A DNA stretch of 64,000 nt. It comes from Lytechinus pictus. Taxonomy: Eukaryota. The DNA lies in the NCBI RefSeq assembly GCF_037042905.1, contig NC_087252.1, forward strand, positions 17,176,001 to 17,240,000, in the 5' to 3' direction. Below the pieces are notes generated by a model that was given only the letters and a program-made list of their open reading frames with translations, was not told the origin of the DNA and made no database searches. The position numbers were made by a program, and so were the translations under genes. Shown here in pieces: positions 61,917 to 64,000 of the stretch. Numbering within the stretch: position 1 is the stretch's first letter; every line of letters begins with the position of its first letter.

Positions 61917-62611
61917 TTAAAATTTCACATTTCACATCTTTAAATCCTTGAAATGGTCTTCTTTTTTCCATGATTCCTTGAAATTACTTTGATTTAGTTG
62001 AAAACTATCAGAAAAATGAAGAATATTCATCTCTTTCCCGACTCTGATTTTAATTTAAACTCGGTAAATATTTGCAGTCCCATGTAGTCCCATATGTAGA
62101 TTTTCATGGCAGCACCATGGAAGTCTACATGTGGGACTACAATATTTACCGAGGTAAGTTCAAATCAGAGTCGGGAAAGAGGTGAATATTCTTCATTTTT
62201 CTGATAGTTTTCAACTAAATCAAAGTAATTTCAAGGTATTATGGAAAAAAGAAGACCATTTCATGGATTTAAAGATGTAAAATGTAAAATTTTAGCAATT
62301 TTTTTTTTTTCAATTTTTTTTTTTTTTATTTTTTTTTTTATTTTTTTTTTTTTTAGCAGTAGTGCATACGACCTCTTGTAAACGTATTGACGTGACCCAG
62401 GCCTAGTTTCACCACAGATTAATTAATAGCTAACACAGCTATTGCATATATATACAATGTTAGGAAAAATCTACAATTTATCATACATGTATTGTAATGA
62501 ATTGATTTGAGCTCCTCACGGAGAGCGATTCTGAGGAGCTCAATTGAGCTCCTCAAAAAAATAAGGAGAGCGATTTATTGAGCTCCACGAAATTATAAAC
62601 GTGAAGGTCTG
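61788..62611. mobile_element. Nested TIR element containing a long hairpin
   Basis: TIR CAGACCTTCA / TGAAGGTCTG flanked by the direct repeat TACTCA. Confidence 0.7.
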
Positions 62612-64000
62612 TACTCACCAGTTCTTTTGATGTATTTTCTCCAGAATTCCCACGGATTTGTCCCAAATCTTGCGACAAACCACGTCGCGGTAGACAGCTG
62701 TACATTTTTTTTTATTTATAAATAAAGCGCCCCTTACGATAGTTGTTAACAACGCGGCCAAATCGTTAGGTTTTTTGCACTGTGTCCAAGGCTTTTTTAT
62801 TTTGTTTGATTTTTTATTTTTTAATAAATATTTTGTTCAATAGCGATTTTTACGTAAAATATTAAATTTATATCACAAAATATTTTTTAATTGTAGAAAT
62901 ATACATAATATTATGCAATAATTTATTCTATATATATTTTATAATAAAATTTATAATTGTTGCGGTCTTTAAAAAAGGATAGTCGATTGATCAGGTGATG
63001 ACCACACGTATCACGTGATCTGAAAATCAGCTTCATACCGCTTTGATCGCACTCGACGGTGACCGGACTGACTGCCAAAAAAAGATCGAAAAATGACTCA
63101 AATGTAAGTTTCCCTTTATTTTATTAAATTCAAATTAGGAATAGGAATATATTTAATGGGCAATCTTTTAATAAATGATAAACAAACGAGGACAAAACTC
63201 ATATTTTGGGAGTAATATCATACTTGGGTGCAGGAAACAGTACGGTTAGAAGTTCTAACCTGTTTTTAACGATTGTCGCCTATGAGGTCCATACATGCTA
63301 ATGTTTGGACCTCATTGGTACTAGGAGTGCTATGATGTAGATCCTCCTATATAGTATTTAGTATTGGCAATGCGACCAAGATATGTGATGTCACACACGT
63401 ACAACTCCCTCATTACTTTATAGTACTTATTTCACTTATACTCTCACTTTTATAGAGTCTATCACAAGGTGAGGTGTTCTCTTTATGAGAGGACAAGTAC
63501 AGAGGTTTCACAACATTATATCATTGATAAATCGTTTGTCATATGATTAGAATGAGCAAAAATAGATGTTTTGGGGTATATTTTCAGTGTCTAAAAGGGG
63601 AGAGTTGTTCATCTGTGACATCATAGATCTTGGTCGCATTGCCAATGGGAGGATCTCCATAGCATTAGTGATCTCGACTTTCAAATGCTCATAACTCTTC
63701 TATTGCTAGTCCTATTTTACTCAAACTTTTGTTGATCTTATTCTTTGATTTTTCTGCTTTCACAAAAGCTAACTTGCTCCAAGAGTTTCATTCTCCTTTA
63801 ACATAAATTTCCTCTTAATTATTTCACAAAATCTTTCAGTTGATCATTTTCCTTGTATTGTTATGAGTGAGTGTACCAAATATCTCAAAACATTTAAATA
63901 AATATATGATTTTCTTGGAAAAAACTTAGGCAGTCATTTTCAGATTTAACAAAAAAATGGTATGATCAGATGATGGTGGTCCTTGGCCAGGCAGGAGGCT

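Larger units (their letters stand above)
60942..63797. mobile_element. Kolobok-like palindromic MITE expanded by nested insertions (~61081-63330)
   Basis: TTAA|AGGAGAATGAAAC...GTTTCATTCTCCT|TTAA; the left arm breaks at ~61080 and resumes near 63330. Confidence 0.75.

Overview
AT-rich, intron-rich animal genomic DNA, most likely sea urchin (inferred from gene content). It holds two convergent spliced genes that the ORF track shows only in fragments; I assembled both by hand from GT-AG sites and intron phases. (1) On the + strand at 1133-23034 are 14 exons (about 896 codons; the start exon lies upstream of the window) of a protein with no transmembrane segment: Frizzled CRD1-CRD2-FN3-CRD3-Ig-CRD4-Thr/Pro stalk-unnamed C-terminal domain. 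This resembles the four-CRD, one-Ig echinoid sFRP-1. (2) On the - strand at 45494-27863 is a 7-exon DEATH-NACHT-LRR (NLR) immune gene. Its first coding exon, missed by the ORF track, encodes MHWLLYFTLILMKCGDIEVNPG/P, a hydrophobic signal-like peptide ending in a 2A/StopGo ribosome-skipping motif and spliced in frame to the DEATH domain. Its penultimate LRR exon carries an 8-bp frameshifting insertion. The rest is mobile DNA: a near-intact Tc1 (DD34E, one nonsense codon) nested in a hAT MITE, an Academ-like element with ~585-bp TIRs, Kolobok-like and Harbinger-like MITEs, L2/CR1 and Penelope fragments, and tandem repeats. There is also a 4.5-kb array of inverted-repeat-bounded modules in both orientations inside an NLR intron, and a diverged second copy of the NLR 3' flank at 54-59 kb. 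I found no rRNA, tRNA or CRISPR array. No database searches were run.
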